Origin: Monocercomonoides exilis PA203
Lineage: Eukaryota; Protista; Preaxostyla
Length of the DNA stretch: 64,000 nucleotides
Direction: 5' to 3'
Assembly (NCBI GenBank): GCA_001643675.2
Contig: LSRY02000004.1
Location: 62,001-126,000, forward strand
Shown: in pieces, positions 23,887 through 36,723 of the stretch
Numbering within the stretch: position 1 is the first letter of the stretch
How the letters are laid out: each line of letters opens with the position of its first letter
Translations under genes and position numbers: made by a program
The notes under the pieces: generated by a model
What the model was told of the DNA's origin: nothing
The model's database searches: none
The model's input: the letters and a program-made list of their open reading frames with translations, nothing else

Positions 23887-26800
23887 ATGTCACATTCAAA
23901 AGTATCAACAGGATATTTTCAGGCTGGGGCTTTGGTTGAAGTATTTTCTGCACACGGAAGTAATCCAGAATCATGTTGGTTAATGTTTTTCAAGAAATGT
24001 TATTTCAGATTTATTATTTAATTTCAATATAAAAGGCTGCAAGCTTTCTGGAACTGTCAAAAAATACTTTGATACAGAGGCAAAATGTAACGCATTTATA
24101 TGCCCCCAATCTTTGGCAAATAAAATGATAATACCGAAAACAGATTCGTCGTCTTGTTTGCGCGATATTCTTAATTCAGTGTTGATTTAAAAAAAATTCA
24201 GTGAATTTGACACAACCTTTTCTTGTTTTTCAGATATTTTTACCGCCGTCAACACCTTTCAAGTTTCAATTAAAGTTTGATGCTTTCGAATATCAAAAAA
24301 TAGATTATATAAATTTAAAAAAATTTGAAGCGTTCAAGATGCAAAACGAACAAAACACAGATTATCTTTTTCGACTGTTGTCAAAACAATCGAAACAAAT
24401 GAAATTCACGCTCAAATTCCGCTGATAAATATCCAGAGGGGCACCGTATGTAATTTTTTTTGAATTTGAAATAATTTAGAAAACAATTTCAATGGCTGAT
24501 TTAATGATACTCATAAACTTTATTCTTTTTAATGTTAGTGGTTAAATTTATGTTTTGATATCGATGGTTTTGTACGATCGCTTTTCCGTGAATCTTTTAT
24601 GAGTCTTGATAGAATTGAGTTAATGCCTGAATTTCGTCTCAGAAAGATATTTACTCTTCGCTGCTGCCCCCCAACAACAGTTGACGATGGAGGTATGAGA
24701 GAATTTCTCTTTGCAAATCAGTTTGATTTATTTTTCGATTCAATTATTGTAAATACCGATAATTGGGGATATTCAAAGGCATTGCATGCGGATATGCTCC
24801 GCCTGGATTCACGTCAACAGACCCAATTCCAACATCAGTTGCATTTCCACCAGCTGTTCGCTCAGAGACGCAAGTTGTTTGGTTTGAGAAGATGCAGTTT
24901 TGGCTAGGAAGATCTGAGGCAGAGCTGTCTTCAACGATGTCATCCACAACATCGACGCTGTCTGCTTCTGTGACAACAAACAGAACATCCCCAACTGCTG
25001 TTGCAAGACGACCAACAACACAAAGTTCAAAGAGAATCCAACAGACACAACCACATTCACAGGCTATACGACAACCTCCTTCTGCTTCTTCGAGTTCTCT
25101 TCAATCAATTCAACAGTCTTCTTCACAGCCAAATGACTCGCTTCCTTCTTCTTCTCGCCGTATTTCTGCTTTCAGCAGACCAAAAATAAAGTCACTTTCA
25201 AAGCAGCCCACAATCAGGCCGAAAACAACAGCTGTAAAGCCTTCGTCTTCCATTGCAACACCTCAGCCACTTTCTTTGTCTTCCACACAAACACCTTCTT
25301 CATCTGCTGCTTCTCAATCAGAACACACCCCAACCTCTTTTGCTTCTCCATTCACTCCACTCCCTTTCTCTCCCTCTCGCGACTTTCAGACGTCTTCTCT
25401 TCCGACTTCTCTTCCACACTCTCCAAACACAACATCATCTGCTTCCTCTTCATCAACAGCCAATTCACAACAGTCTTATTCAGAGGCAAAGCAACGAATA
25501 AAAATTACACAAAAGCCAAAACCTTCTTCAGACTACAGCAAACAGCGGCAAAATGCAGCGATGCCACCTATAATCACGTCTGTGCTGGATGGCCATGCGG
25601 AACTGCCTCCAAATCCGCAGAGAAAAGAATCAACACTCAGAAAATATTACAACACACAAAAAGAAGATGAATATGAAAACGACAGAATGATCTCAAATCA
25701 AGACTTTGAAGAGGACGGAGGGAGATATGAAAGAGAAGGAAGAGAAGGAAGAGAAGGAGAAGAAGACGATGAAGGAATCATCGACATTGAAGAAGCAAAT
25801 GACATGGATGACGTGATTGATGATAACAGCGAGGATGATGGAGCAGATGACGAAGGAAATGAAGATGATGGAGAAGATGGAGAAGATGAAGGTGATGAAG
25901 ATGGGGAAGATGAAAGCAGCGATGATTCATTTGGCGACATGAACGAGTCCTTCCATCCGTCTTATCCTCCTCCAAAAACGAAGATTGGCTTGCCTTCCAA
26001 TCGACTCAGCAACAGACAGCCAAACGATATGAACTCGACAACATCCACATTTGATTCTTTGTCTTCCACAGACAGCTCTTCTTCTTCCTCTTCCTCATCT
26101 TCCTCTTCTTCTTCTAATTCACCTCATTCTTATTCATTTGCTGATGATCCTTTCCTTCCCCGTTCACATGCTCCTCTTTCTGAAGAAGCAGCACAAGTTC
26201 TGAAGGAAGCTTCAAAACTGCTGAAATCTCGATATGGAGGAGACGAAGAAGGGAATTTTGATGAAGAAGAAGAAGATGACGATGATGAAGGTGCTGACGA
26301 AGATCAGCTTATTCACAATGAGGAAGACGATGAAGATGACAGCGAAGAAAGAGCAGAAGAGAAAGGCAGAGGAGCAAAAGATTATGAAAACATTTCCGAA
26401 GACGATTTTTTGGATGAAGACGAATCGTTTCAGAGAGAAGGCCGAATGCCCCATTCATCAATACAGACACCAGAATATCGCAGAAGTTCTCCTTTGAGCT
26501 CACAGGCAAAAGTGAGTGCTAATCTTTCAGCGGCGCTGAGCGGAAGAAGAGAAAACTATAATTTGTATGAAGACAATGGAGATGACAGCGATGACGATAG
26601 CGATGAGAATGAACACAGAGACAATTCATTGAAAATACAAAGCAGCACAAAAAGAGTGAGAAAGGAGTCACAAATGGATGAAGAGACGAATGGAACTCAA
26701 AACAACGCAGACTCAAATACGAAGTCAGAGTTGCTCAAAACACCACGCAACAAACAGATCAAAAGTGTCTCAATAAAAAGGTTTGATTTTGTAGAAAAGA

Positions 26801-27982
26801 GCAAAAGATAAACTATTGAACAACTTCGTTTTTTTAATTTCCTTTTTCTCTATGATATTCAGTGATGTCAAGCCCAGTGACTCATTTGATCCATCATCCA
26901 CGCAACATTCAGTTGATACACTTTCATTCACTCTGAGTCCAAATTCCACTCCACTCAAGCCATTTCGCTCGGTCTCCCAGCAAAGCAGCCAAATGAGCAC
27001 ACCATCGATGAATGAGAAGGAGCTGGATTCTTCATTCACCCTCTCACCCACACCAGCACGTTCAGCAGGCACAAAAGACGATTTCTTCGGTCTGCCTTCT
27101 CCTTCAATGTTCACACGCACCATTTCACCTGATTCCTCTCCCAAACCAACTTCAACCTCTCCTCCTTCTTCTTCTAACCAAACATCTTTTCTTTCTTCTC
27201 CTCATTCACCTTCTTCAGATGCCTTTTCTTTACCCATTTCATCAACAGCATTGCCATCATCTTCTTCCTCAAATGGCTCACTTCAACACGAAATCAATTC
27301 ACCCACATCACAAACAACACTTCAGCAATTACCTCAAGCATGCCTTTCTCAAATGAACAAGTCTTCTTCTTCTTTTTCTTCTTCTTCCAATTCAACATCT
27401 CAATCCTTGTCTCAATCTGCTTCTAATGTTCAACCTTCCTCACTTACAAACGCTCAAACACATCAACAGTCACCTCTCACTCAGAACACATCACAACAAA
27501 ATGACAGAAAAGTGCCAATCGGCAAACAACCCCCCAAAACATCCAAACCTTCCGTCTCACAAAAAGTAGCGAAGCAACCGAAGAAGCAGCGAGTTGTGAT
27601 TATTTCTGAAGACCCAGAGTCAGACGACGAAGATGCGCTGTTTGCAAACGAGGAAATTATTGTTCATCATGTCACTTCATCTTCACTCAGAACAACTTCA
27701 TTCAAGTTGAATGAGAAGAAGACTTCCTCAAAACACAGAAAAGATTCATCGAAATCTGCCAAAGCAACTTCTTCGTCACATTCAGGCTCACACGAGCATT
27801 TGGATGAAAGCGACGAAGAAGGAGAAGAAGAGAATTCGCACACGAGCGATGAGCAGAAACAAAGGAATTTTACAAAAGATGAAGACAACGATGACGATGA
27901 CAAAGAAACAGTTGAGCTTCTTGTTGACACAAGAAGTGGCTGCCTCTTCGATCCAAAAAGCGGACAATATTATTCTCCATAA
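23887..27982 (+). CDS. CFAP20DC: CFAP20-domain-containing protein (C3orf67/CFAP20DC-like), multi-exon
   Basis: Spliced N-terminus YFQAGALVEVFSAHGSNP..., NLTQPFLVFQIFLP, HRLSFSTVVKTIETNEIHAQIPL, WLNLCFDI, SLDRIELMPEFRLRKIFTL. C-terminal ELLVDTRSGCLFDPKSGQYYSP matches the family's terminal 'C.FDP.TG.YY' motif. Confidence 0.85.
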
Positions 27983-28339
27983 ATGTTCATAAATATTTGT
28001 CTCGAAGAAAAGTAAATTCTATTTTTTTTTCCTTTTTAAGTTTCTTTAAAAACAAACGGATAAAACAAAAATTTGATAGATTTTTCTGTGGATTCATCAA
28101 CAAAAAAATGATGATATCAGCTTTTGAAAACGAAACTTTATTAAAAAGTGAAATATTAATGAATTGCAACATCTGAAATGTTGCTTATTAAACATGGTCG
28201 TTTAACAAACAGTTTAAAAGAAAGCGCAACGGTTTGCATTTTCTGACTTTCAATTGAAACATTGCAAAATAATTATTAGGCGACGTTTCATCTTGAGTTT
28301 ATGACTTTGTGAAAAGAAATAAGAAATATAACAAAAATT

Positions 28340-31295
28340 TCATCCCTTTTCAATATCAGACTCACTTTCCTTTTCCTTTTCCTCTTCAATTTCCATTTTG
28401 CTTTCTTTTTCTTTTCCTTCCTCCTCTTCTTCCTTGTGGTCATCATTATCTTCCTCTTCCTCTTCCTTCTTTTTTTGTTCCATTTCAACCTTTTCTTCCT
28501 TTTCTTCTTCTCCATCCTTTTCCTTGTCTCCCATTTCTTTTTCTTCTTTCTTCAGCACGCAATTAGATCCTTTTGAACTTTGTGTCTCTGCTTCAATTTT
28601 ATTCTCAACTGTCGGCTTTTTCACGGGCTCTATTTCTGGAAGACCAAAAAAGATGATTTCATTGCTCACATTTCCAAATGGCTTTGGATTTTGCTTGTCT
28701 GCATCGTTTTTCTCAAAGTTTTCGTTTTCGTCTTCTTCTTTGTCATCTGAATACAACAATTCAGCTTCGATATCGTCATCATCCAATTCTTCATATTCCT
28801 CCTCCTCTTCGTAAATATCATCGTCCTCTTCTTCCTCTTCTTCCTCCTCCTCCTCTTCCTCCTCTTCTTCCTCAAACTCATTCTCTTCTTCGTCATTCAT
28901 CAGCTTTCCTGTTCCAACTTGTATTCTGTCGTCATTCGGCCAAACGATCCTGTTCCATTCGCTGTTCACAAAGTCCATCATGTCCTTCGATGCCATGTAG
29001 ATCAGCGGATTTCTCATTGTCAACATTCGCACTTTCGAAATCATCCGCACAACATCTGCCAGAAAGAGGTTGGGCGTGAAGTAATAATTGTGCGTCTTCA
29101 GACGTGCCTTGATAACAAACATCGCTGCACAACATATTAAATGATAATATTGAAAAATAAATGTAAGAGAAAGAAAAAGTCATAAATGAAAAATTAAGTC
29201 AGCCAATAAAAAAATAAAGCAAATATTCATTTAAATACATTCAAATAAATGTGAATAACATACACAGAGGCTGTGCCTTCTCTGAGTCGATGTCAAAAGA
29301 CGTGTAGTGCTCGATGTGGTCTAAAAACGGCCAAGCAGACTCCTTCCGCATCATCTTATCGAAAAAGGACATCATCAGCGTGTGGCACTGCTGGATGTAC
29401 TCAAAAGACGGGGGAGAATACGACGGATGGCACAGAAAAGCGAGAGGAGAGTCAAAAAGAGGCGAAGGATGGAAGACTTCACAGGGAAGAAGCTGGCCAT
29501 CAAACGGAGGTGGAGTGAAGAAGCGCTCGATGGTGGTGATGTGAGGATTGGGGTCTAAAGGAGACCTCTGAATGAAGTGATTGGGAGCAGTTGAAGATGA
29601 CGGCGACAATGAGGTGTTTGAATTGCTGGATGAGAGAGACTCTTCAGATGGATTTGGAGACATACTTGATGAAGGAGAAGACGACGAAGAATCGACTTTT
29701 GAGGTATCTTCAAGCTCAGCTGGTTCTGCACCCGAAGGCGAAAAAGAAGGAGAAGGGACAGACGGAGTGTCACAGTCAAACGGATTCAAGTCCGAGTCAT
29801 CATCGATCATGTCGATTGTCTCAGATGTGGAAGGAGGGAAATCAGATTCATCTTCTGCCTGGTAAGATGCAACAGCAGGCTGAGCTGATGGCTCGTCGTC
29901 AGTTTTGACGCACACAAACGAAGGAGGCGTCTCAAAAAGCGGGTCAGATGGAAGCGAAGAGATGGAGGCAGTGGGGTGATGGATGAACGAGCGATATGCA
30001 GAAACAGGAAGAGCTAATGGATCAGCTGGAATGCCTGTGGATGTTGACGGGGCAGGTTGGTTGAAGCTGACGGTGCTGCTTTGTGTTTGTTCTGACGAAA
30101 AGGAAAGTTGTGTGCCAGAGGCAGAAGATAATGTTGGCGTGGTGGTAGTCGATGGATTTGAGATAGGTTGCTCACTGCCTTGTATTGGTGAAAATGAAAT
30201 ATCCTTTTGCTGCTCAATGATCTCTCGATAGTTCAGCGGTGGAATCAGCCCAAGCTCTTCCAAGTTGGTTAGTGGCTTTAATACAGACACCTTAAAAGTT
30301 CTTCAAAATTAACACACAAAATCAGATAATTAAACAAGTTTATTACAAAAGAAATTTTATAAAAATTGAAAAAAAAGAAGATAATTCTACCTTGCTTTTT
30401 TTGAAGAAGACACAACAATTTCATATGGATTTTCTTTTGGAATTGTTCCCTCCATCAGATCATTTGTCACAATCACCGTCGTAGCTGTCCTTTTTGGAGG
30501 AGGATAAACCTTTGCACATCGAGAAAATCTCGAAATCCTTTCCAAAATAACTCGCCTTTGCCTTTCAACCATTTCTGATACCCTTAAAAAATTGATACGA
30601 GGATGAATAATACACTCCATAAGAGTAGCATTTTGATATTCTTTGATATATCCAAGCCATTGCTCCTTTGGCATTGTGATATTTGAGGAAAATCCTTGTT
30701 TTGAAAAATATTCAACTGCAAGATTATCGGCATATGTAAGGAAAAAAGTTATTCCTATAGAACGTGCATATTCCTTTGCATGCGCCATTACGCGAGAACC
30801 ATAACCCCTCACTTGCTCATTTGCATCAACAGCACAAAATGCTATTTCTCCAAGTCCAGTTTCTTTAAACATTCTAATCGTAATTCCCGCAACAATTTGA
30901 ACTTTGTTCTTTAAACATATTATAGAATGATGATTTCTATCAAATATGAGTCTTGTAATGTATGTTTGACTCATATTAGGAAGCTGACGAGACATTAAGT
31001 TTTTCAAGCCTGTAAGCAAGAATAGACACTGCGTGCTCCCTTGATATTTCTCTGGATCAAGAGGCTCTGATGATGTGTATTGCTCATCTTCAAGAGGAAA
31101 TACACTGTTGTTGTAGCAAGCAACAAAACGCGTTGAACCACTTGCTTCCCCAACAATTAAGGCTCTTTCACGAATTGGCAGAGTATCTCCAACAGATCCG
31201 TTAAAAATTGTACTAGAGTGGTACGGAGTTGTTGGAGAAACAGCTGCCTCGAAAGATGGAGATTCAGGGGGAGGAAGAGAAAGTGGGCTATCCAT
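28340..31295 (-). CDS. GCN5: Histone acetyltransferase GCN5 (GNAT domain plus divergent bromodomain; 3 exons)
   Basis: LLTGLKNLMSRQLPNMSQTYITRLIFDRNH, GEIAFCAV (catalytic Glu), EQVRGYGSRVM, FLTYADNLAVEYFSKQGFS and GYIKEY..ATLMEC. The bromodomain SAWPFL...PLSMFVIKARL...FLADVVRM is split by an intron. Confidence 0.93.
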
Positions 31296-31769
31296 TCATT
31301 AAATTTATGGGAATATTTAAAAATTTTACTCTTTACTTTTTTCTTAAAAAAATAAATTTAAAGTCATAAATAATCACATTTTAAAAACTTTGGCTTTTGA
31401 AAACTAAAAATAATTTCCTTTGCAAAGAAATTAAAATTACAAATTGTAAAAAGATACTAATAAACTTTTATGTTTATTTGTTCTAAAAATAGGCAAATTC
31501 ACATTTTCAAATTTGAGTAGAACATTCTAATTGCCCAATTTGAAACACATAATCTGCATCTGTCCTTCAATCTGTAACTCAAAGAAGGAAAATCAATTTT
31601 TGCATCCTTTTAAGAACTTGCACTTTTCCATGATTGGAAATTGAGATAATAGGTACAATCTCATAAATTAGGGCCGAATCTAATCTTTTAATTATGGATC
31701 CGATGTGTTTGCTATTCACGCTTTATTGAACTTTCAAAGCATTTTAATGACCTAACATCGTAAGAGTTT

Positions 31770-34700
31770 TCATTGCCAGATGTCAGCAGTGGAGTAGATT
31801 GATTGAGCAATTCCAGATGGCTGCAGAGCATTTCTTTCTGCAAAGAACACCATCTGGTTAAGCATTTCGACCTGCCTTCGAAGCACCTTCTGCAGCTGGG
31901 CTTCCTGCTGTTCAAGCTGCATGATGGATGCTCTTTCTGCCTCTTGTGCAGCGTCAATGTCTGACAGCGCTTTCTCCATAAACCTCTGCTCAGCTGCCAT
32001 CCGCTGCGCATGAACAGACTCCGTCTTCATCAAAACAGCCTCCATCTCCAACAGCTTCCGTTTCCCAGCTGCATCACGAAGACGCGCAGTGCGCACATCT
32101 GCCTCTCGCAGTGCCATTGCCCTTGCCTCAGCGAGCAGCGCAGCATTCCTCCTCGACTGCTCTTCCCTTTCTCTTCGCGCCTCGTTCTCAACATTCTCTC
32201 GCGCTGCCTTCATCCGCTGCTTCTCACTTTCCTCTCTCAGCTTCTCCACTTCATCGTCTCTCTGGTTCCTCAGAGCTTCCTCCAAAGCCATCCGCCTTGC
32301 TGCTCTCCTCTTTCCTTCTTCTGCAAGTGCCACTTCTTCTGCCAGCTGAGCACGCGCTGCCTCTGCCTCTGCCTCTGCCATCTTCCTTTCGCGTTCCATC
32401 GCTCTCTGCCGTTCAGCTTCTCGTTTGGCTTCTCCTTCTACTCTTGCCTGCTGTTTTCCGTCTTCCCTGTCTTGTGCAATCTGTGCAAGAAGATCTTTTA
32501 TCCCGTCCATTCGCATGCGATGGTCCAAAATTGCCTTCGACTCATCCTCGTCTTTCTTCGCTTCCACATCCTCTGCAATTTTTGCTGCTTCTGCACGCGC
32601 TTCGTCTTCCACTTGCCGAACTCTTCGCTCTTCTGCTCTTGCTTTCATCTGCTCCTCTTCCTTCGCAGCCAAATCATCCATTGTTCTCTTAGCAGCATCT
32701 GCAGCTCTTTGTGCAGCAGCAACAGATGCTGATACTTTTGGCTGTGCATTTTTGTGCATCTCTTCAATTGCCTTAATTCGTTGCTGTCTTTTCACATCTT
32801 CCAGCTGTTGTGCTCCATCGTCTTCTGCCTGCTTCAAAGCGGAAAGTGCCTTTTCTGCTGCCCCGTGTGTTCTGTCATACTCTGCTTGTGCTGCTTCCCA
32901 CTCCTGCTGATCAGATGCCGCCTTTGCTTGGAGCAAGGCAGCTGCTTGTTGTGCTCTCATTCTCTGAGCCACTGCATCTTCTTCGTTTCGAATGCGCTCC
33001 CTTTCTTTCTGCTCCCAGTCAACATACACAACTGGAGCACGATCAAACAGCGGATAAATCTTGCAGTCAGCTGGAAGAGGTGTAAATGGAGTGTTTGTGG
33101 AAAATGCTCTTTGTCTCAGCCACTCTGGCGCACTTTGGCGAATCTTGTGGGCAGTCAGAACGATCTCATGCACATCCAGGAATGAATTTGGCTGAATATT
33201 GATTGCTGAACCATCGCGACTTTGCGAATGTGGCTGAACGATTTGAGAGACAAATTGCTGAGAAGTGAAAAATGCTTCAAATTCTGCGACAGAAGTCATG
33301 TTCATCAGAGTGCTGCGTGCACACATCAACACAGCAACAGCAATGCATATCGCAAAGTCGATTTGACAGGGCTCATTTTCCACAAACAAAAGATGATCAA
33401 TCAGTACCTCCCATTCAGATTGCGAAAACATGTCTGAAAAAAGTGTCTGCATCGGCTCCCAAAAGTAGACTGCAGGAGATATGTTGTATTTTTTGAAGTG
33501 ATTATGCAATTTGGGTGCGAAATGCTGCAAAACCATTTCTGCTCGCTGAAGTGTGCGAGTGGGTGGAGCAGGAAGAGTATCAAACCATTCGGCACAGATG
33601 TTTGTGATGATTGTTATGAGCAGTTCTGTCAGCACCACATCGTTGTCAATAGCTTGAAGAAATGGATAAACAATGCCAGGAAGAAAGCCAGCTCGAATGC
33701 GATGGTTGCGCTGCGCATTGATTGCGTCCATTCTTCTTTTTTGTGAATGGCTGTTGGATCTGCCTCTTTCCTTTCCACTTCCACCCATCAGCATTTCATC
33801 TTCATTGTCACTATCTCCAAAATGATTAAATGGATGGGTAGATGAAGATGCTGATGATGAGGCGAAAGGAGGAACAGGGTTTATCATCTCTCTGAATCCC
33901 ACATCACAACAGCTTGGCGACCAATGTGCAAGTGCAGAGAGCACACGAATAAACCTCCTCTTCACTCTGTCGTCGCGAATAGGATACAACTCTGGAATGT
34001 GTGTGAGACCTGGATGCTCTCCTTTCGCAACAAGCGCACTGGTTGCTTGTTTGGAAAGGGGAAGTGACAGCAGATTTGCCCAGATGGACACTCGGTGCTT
34101 TGACGGAAACTCGCCCGACTGGCGAAGCACTGAAGCGAGATGAGATTGGCTCAGACGAGGAATTTTCCCTTTGGCACGAGGAGAGTCGGGAACAGGCTCA
34201 AAGAACGGCTTTCCCCCAAACGAAGCATACGGTTTCACACCAGGGAAGTATGAAGAGGAAGAGGAAGAGGAAGAGGAAGAGGAAGAGGAAGAGGAAGAGG
34301 AAGAGGAAGAAGACGACGAAGAAGATGGTCTTTTTGTTTTGCTTTCAGGTGGAGCAGAAAAAGTAAAAGTGATTTTGCTTTTTAAGTTAGATGATTTTTG
34401 TGAGTCTGTTTCTGAAGAATACGGCGGATCTGCTCCAACATTAATCTCAGACCTCACTCGTGTGTAAAACGGAGGTCTATGACTGGATTTCGCTCTGGCA
34501 TTTCTCTTTCCTTTGATTTTTGCCTTTGACACACCATCATCAACAGAATGAACTTTGGAATTAGATGTTCTACTTGTGCTTTGTTGTTGTTGTTGTTGTT
34601 GTTGTCCACAATTCACTTGAGAGTTATCGATATTTGAAGGCGGAAAGGATGACGATGAAGATGACGAAGAAGAAGTATTCACAAAAGAAGAAGACAGAGG

Positions 34701-36530
34701 AGAAGGCTTTGCTGTTGATTGAGTGTCTGAATCTCGAAGATCATTTGCTGCCTCATCTGACAGAGCAGACGACTCTGTCTGCGGGACAATCAACGAAGCC
34801 GGACGTAATGGTGATGAAAAAGCAGCAGGTGAAATTGAACGTGCGTTCTCTTTCTTTACAGGCGTTCGTACAAAACGAGGTGAACTCTTCTTTTCGATGA
34901 CTTCTTCTTTCAGTTTTTCAAGTGCTGTTTGCGGCGGAGGCTGAATAAACGAGTGCAAATGAGTGTGGACAATCTTTGACTCTTTTGTCAGTCTGCTAAA
35001 GTCTGAAGGCTGCTTTTCTTTTGCATCCCTGTCAGATGAGACAGATGCTTCATGGAGAGACGATGAAGCCGAAGAAGAGCATTCAGGCAGCTTGTTTGCC
35101 TCTGGTGCATTCAGATGATAATCAGTTAATTCACCCATCTTCTCACCCAATCGGCGTTCTCCTGATTCCAACTGGTCGAACAACAAATCTCTGATCAGAT
35201 CGCTCGGATGAACCGTCTTAATCCGCTCTTCGCGCCTACCCTCTGCAGCCCTTTTGACTTGCGATAGAGAAGGAGGAGGATGAGGAAACAACATTTTTTT
35301 GGTTTCTTTTCTTTCACTTCCGTTTTCTTCTCCTTCACTTTCATCTTTCTCTTTTTCAATTCCAGTGCAAAGTGCATCTCGAAGAGTTGGCTGATGTCTC
35401 GAAAAAAGTGGGGATTGAGAAAACCTTATTGCGTCTGGATCCACTGTAAACAGTGAAGGCGTTTCGTATCTGCGTTTTGCAGCTAAAGAAGAATAAGAAG
35501 CAGACGACTTGACAACTCCATCAAACCAGAGACAACCAAAGTGACGATATGGCAGAACATGATACAGATCGGGATGAAATGGCATTGATGAAAAGGAAAC
35601 TGGCAAATTTGAAGACAGAATTCTCTTATGAGGAGGAGTGACAAGTTTATGAACAGACATTATTTCATCATCATCATCTACATGATCTTTTGCAATAATT
35701 GCATTTGATTGAATTGTTATTTGCCTGCTGTGGTCGCAATCCGAGTAGAGCTTATGCAAATCAAGAACTCTGAATGATTTTGTCCCATCAGATGACATGA
35801 CCTCTAAATATAAATATTGCGAATGTACTGGAATTGGAGATACAGAAATCGATCGATCAGTCAAATTATCCTTATCAGGAGGCTGAAATGAAAATGAAAG
35901 AATGTTCATTCCAGGAAGATCGATGCGATACATAATCATCATAAATGGAAGAAAAACTATGCGAATAATTCCATCTGAAGTCAAAACAGCCAAAAAAGAA
36001 CTTTGATTTTGTGAAACAGTAAATCGAGGATTTGAAAAAATAGGCGGATTTTCTATGAAAGAAATTTGTAAAATGCAAGGAGGGGATGTATCTGGATGAT
36101 AGTATTCACCCAAAGCTCTTGAGTAAAAGCGAGTTAGAGCCAATGAAGTTAGACTATTATATGGCAGCTCAAAAACGACTTGGGAACTGTAATCATCTGA
36201 TTCTAACAAATGGGTAAACTGCTGAAATTCTTTTGGAATAATAAAGTTATCATTGGAATAGAATGGTCCGCCTGAAGAAGAAAGCAACGAATGCAATGTT
36301 GACATTGAAAAAAGAGGCGGAAGAGGAACAACATAAAGATTTGGAGATTTTCTTCCTGCAAGAATAAGAATTTTACCATCCCCAGAAACAGTGCAACAAG
36401 AAAATTCATTTGTGGCATCAGGAATCATCTGAGAAAGAAATGATCTTGTATTTCTGTTGAATATTGAAACTTTTCCATCTTGCTGCAAAATAAATGCTAG
36501 TCCTCCATTTCTTATTGCTTCCTCCGACAT
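31770..36530 (-). CDS. TBC1D31: TBC1D31/WDR67-like protein (WD-like N-terminus, TBC domain, long coiled coil)
   Basis: LRQSGEFPSKHRVSIWANLLSLP, KGEHP...YPIRD..KRRFIRVLSALAHWSP, FLPGIVYPF and YFWEPMQTLFSDMFSQSEWEVLIDHL match TBC1D31. E/R/A-rich coiled-coil C-terminus. Start uncertain: first in-frame ATG is 36530, and an upstream exon is possible. Confidence 0.85.
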   Translation of the reverse strand: MSEEAIRNGGLAFILQQDGKVSIFNRNTRSFLSQMIPDATNEFSCCTVSGDGKILILAGRKSPNLYVVPLPPLFSMSTLHSLLSSSGGPFYSNDNFIIPKEFQQFTHLLESDDYSSQVVFELPYNSLTSLALTRFYSRALGEYYHPDTSPPCILQISFIENPPIFSNPRFTVSQNQSSFLAVLTSDGIIRIVFLPFMMIMYRIDLPGMNILSFSFQPPDKDNLTDRSISVSPIPVHSQYLYLEVMSSDGTKSFRVLDLHKLYSDCDHSRQITIQSNAIIAKDHVDDDDEIMSVHKLVTPPHKRILSSNLPVSFSSMPFHPDLYHVLPYRHFGCLWFDGVVKSSASYSSLAAKRRYETPSLFTVDPDAIRFSQSPLFSRHQPTLRDALCTGIEKEKDESEGEENGSERKETKKMLFPHPPPSLSQVKRAAEGRREERIKTVHPSDLIRDLLFDQLESGERRLGEKMGELTDYHLNAPEANKLPECSSSASSSLHEASVSSDRDAKEKQPSDFSRLTKESKIVHTHLHSFIQPPPQTALEKLKEEVIEKKSSPRFVRTPVKKENARSISPAAFSSPLRPASLIVPQTESSALSDEAANDLRDSDTQSTAKPSPLSSSFVNTSSSSSSSSSFPPSNIDNSQVNCGQQQQQQQQSTSRTSNSKVHSVDDGVSKAKIKGKRNARAKSSHRPPFYTRVRSEINVGADPPYSSETDSQKSSNLKSKITFTFSAPPESKTKRPSSSSSSSSSSSSSSSSSSSSSSSSSYFPGVKPYASFGGKPFFEPVPDSPRAKGKIPRLSQSHLASVLRQSGEFPSKHRVSIWANLLSLPLSKQATSALVAKGEHPGLTHIPELYPIRDDRVKRRFIRVLSALAHWSPSCCDVGFREMINPVPPFASSSASSSTHPFNHFGDSDNEDEMLMGGSGKERGRSNSHSQKRRMDAINAQRNHRIRAGFLPGIVYPFLQAIDNDVVLTELLITIITNICAEWFDTLPAPPTRTLQRAEMVLQHFAPKLHNHFKKYNISPAVYFWEPMQTLFSDMFSQSEWEVLIDHLLFVENEPCQIDFAICIAVAVLMCARSTLMNMTSVAEFEAFFTSQQFVSQIVQPHSQSRDGSAINIQPNSFLDVHEIVLTAHKIRQSAPEWLRQRAFSTNTPFTPLPADCKIYPLFDRAPVVYVDWEQKERERIRNEEDAVAQRMRAQQAAALLQAKAASDQQEWEAAQAEYDRTHGAAEKALSALKQAEDDGAQQLEDVKRQQRIKAIEEMHKNAQPKVSASVAAAQRAADAAKRTMDDLAAKEEEQMKARAEERRVRQVEDEARAEAAKIAEDVEAKKDEDESKAILDHRMRMDGIKDLLAQIAQDREDGKQQARVEGEAKREAERQRAMERERKMAEAEAEAARAQLAEEVALAEEGKRRAARRMALEEALRNQRDDEVEKLREESEKQRMKAARENVENEARREREEQSRRNAALLAEARAMALREADVRTARLRDAAGKRKLLEMEAVLMKTESVHAQRMAAEQRFMEKALSDIDAAQEAERASIMQLEQQEAQLQKVLRRQVEMLNQMVFFAERNALQPSGIAQSIYSTADIWQ
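34255..34308. repeat. Perfect (GAGGAA)9 microsatellite encoding poly-Ser on the minus strand
   Basis: Nine tandem gaggaa units read directly. It lies within the TBC1D31-like CDS as alternating TCC/TCT codons. Confidence 0.9.
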
Positions 36531-36723
36531 TGAGATGGTATGCACCTCTTATTATTGATTTTTAAAAATTGTTTTTAAATTAATTAATACAAATTACTAC
36601 TGTTTGATCAAACAATAATTATATTAAAATTTGTCCTTTTCAGAATCACAAATACATTATAACAAGTTAACAATTAGAAGAAGATGCTATAAACAAAAAA
36701 CAATAAATTACGGTGATGTGTAT

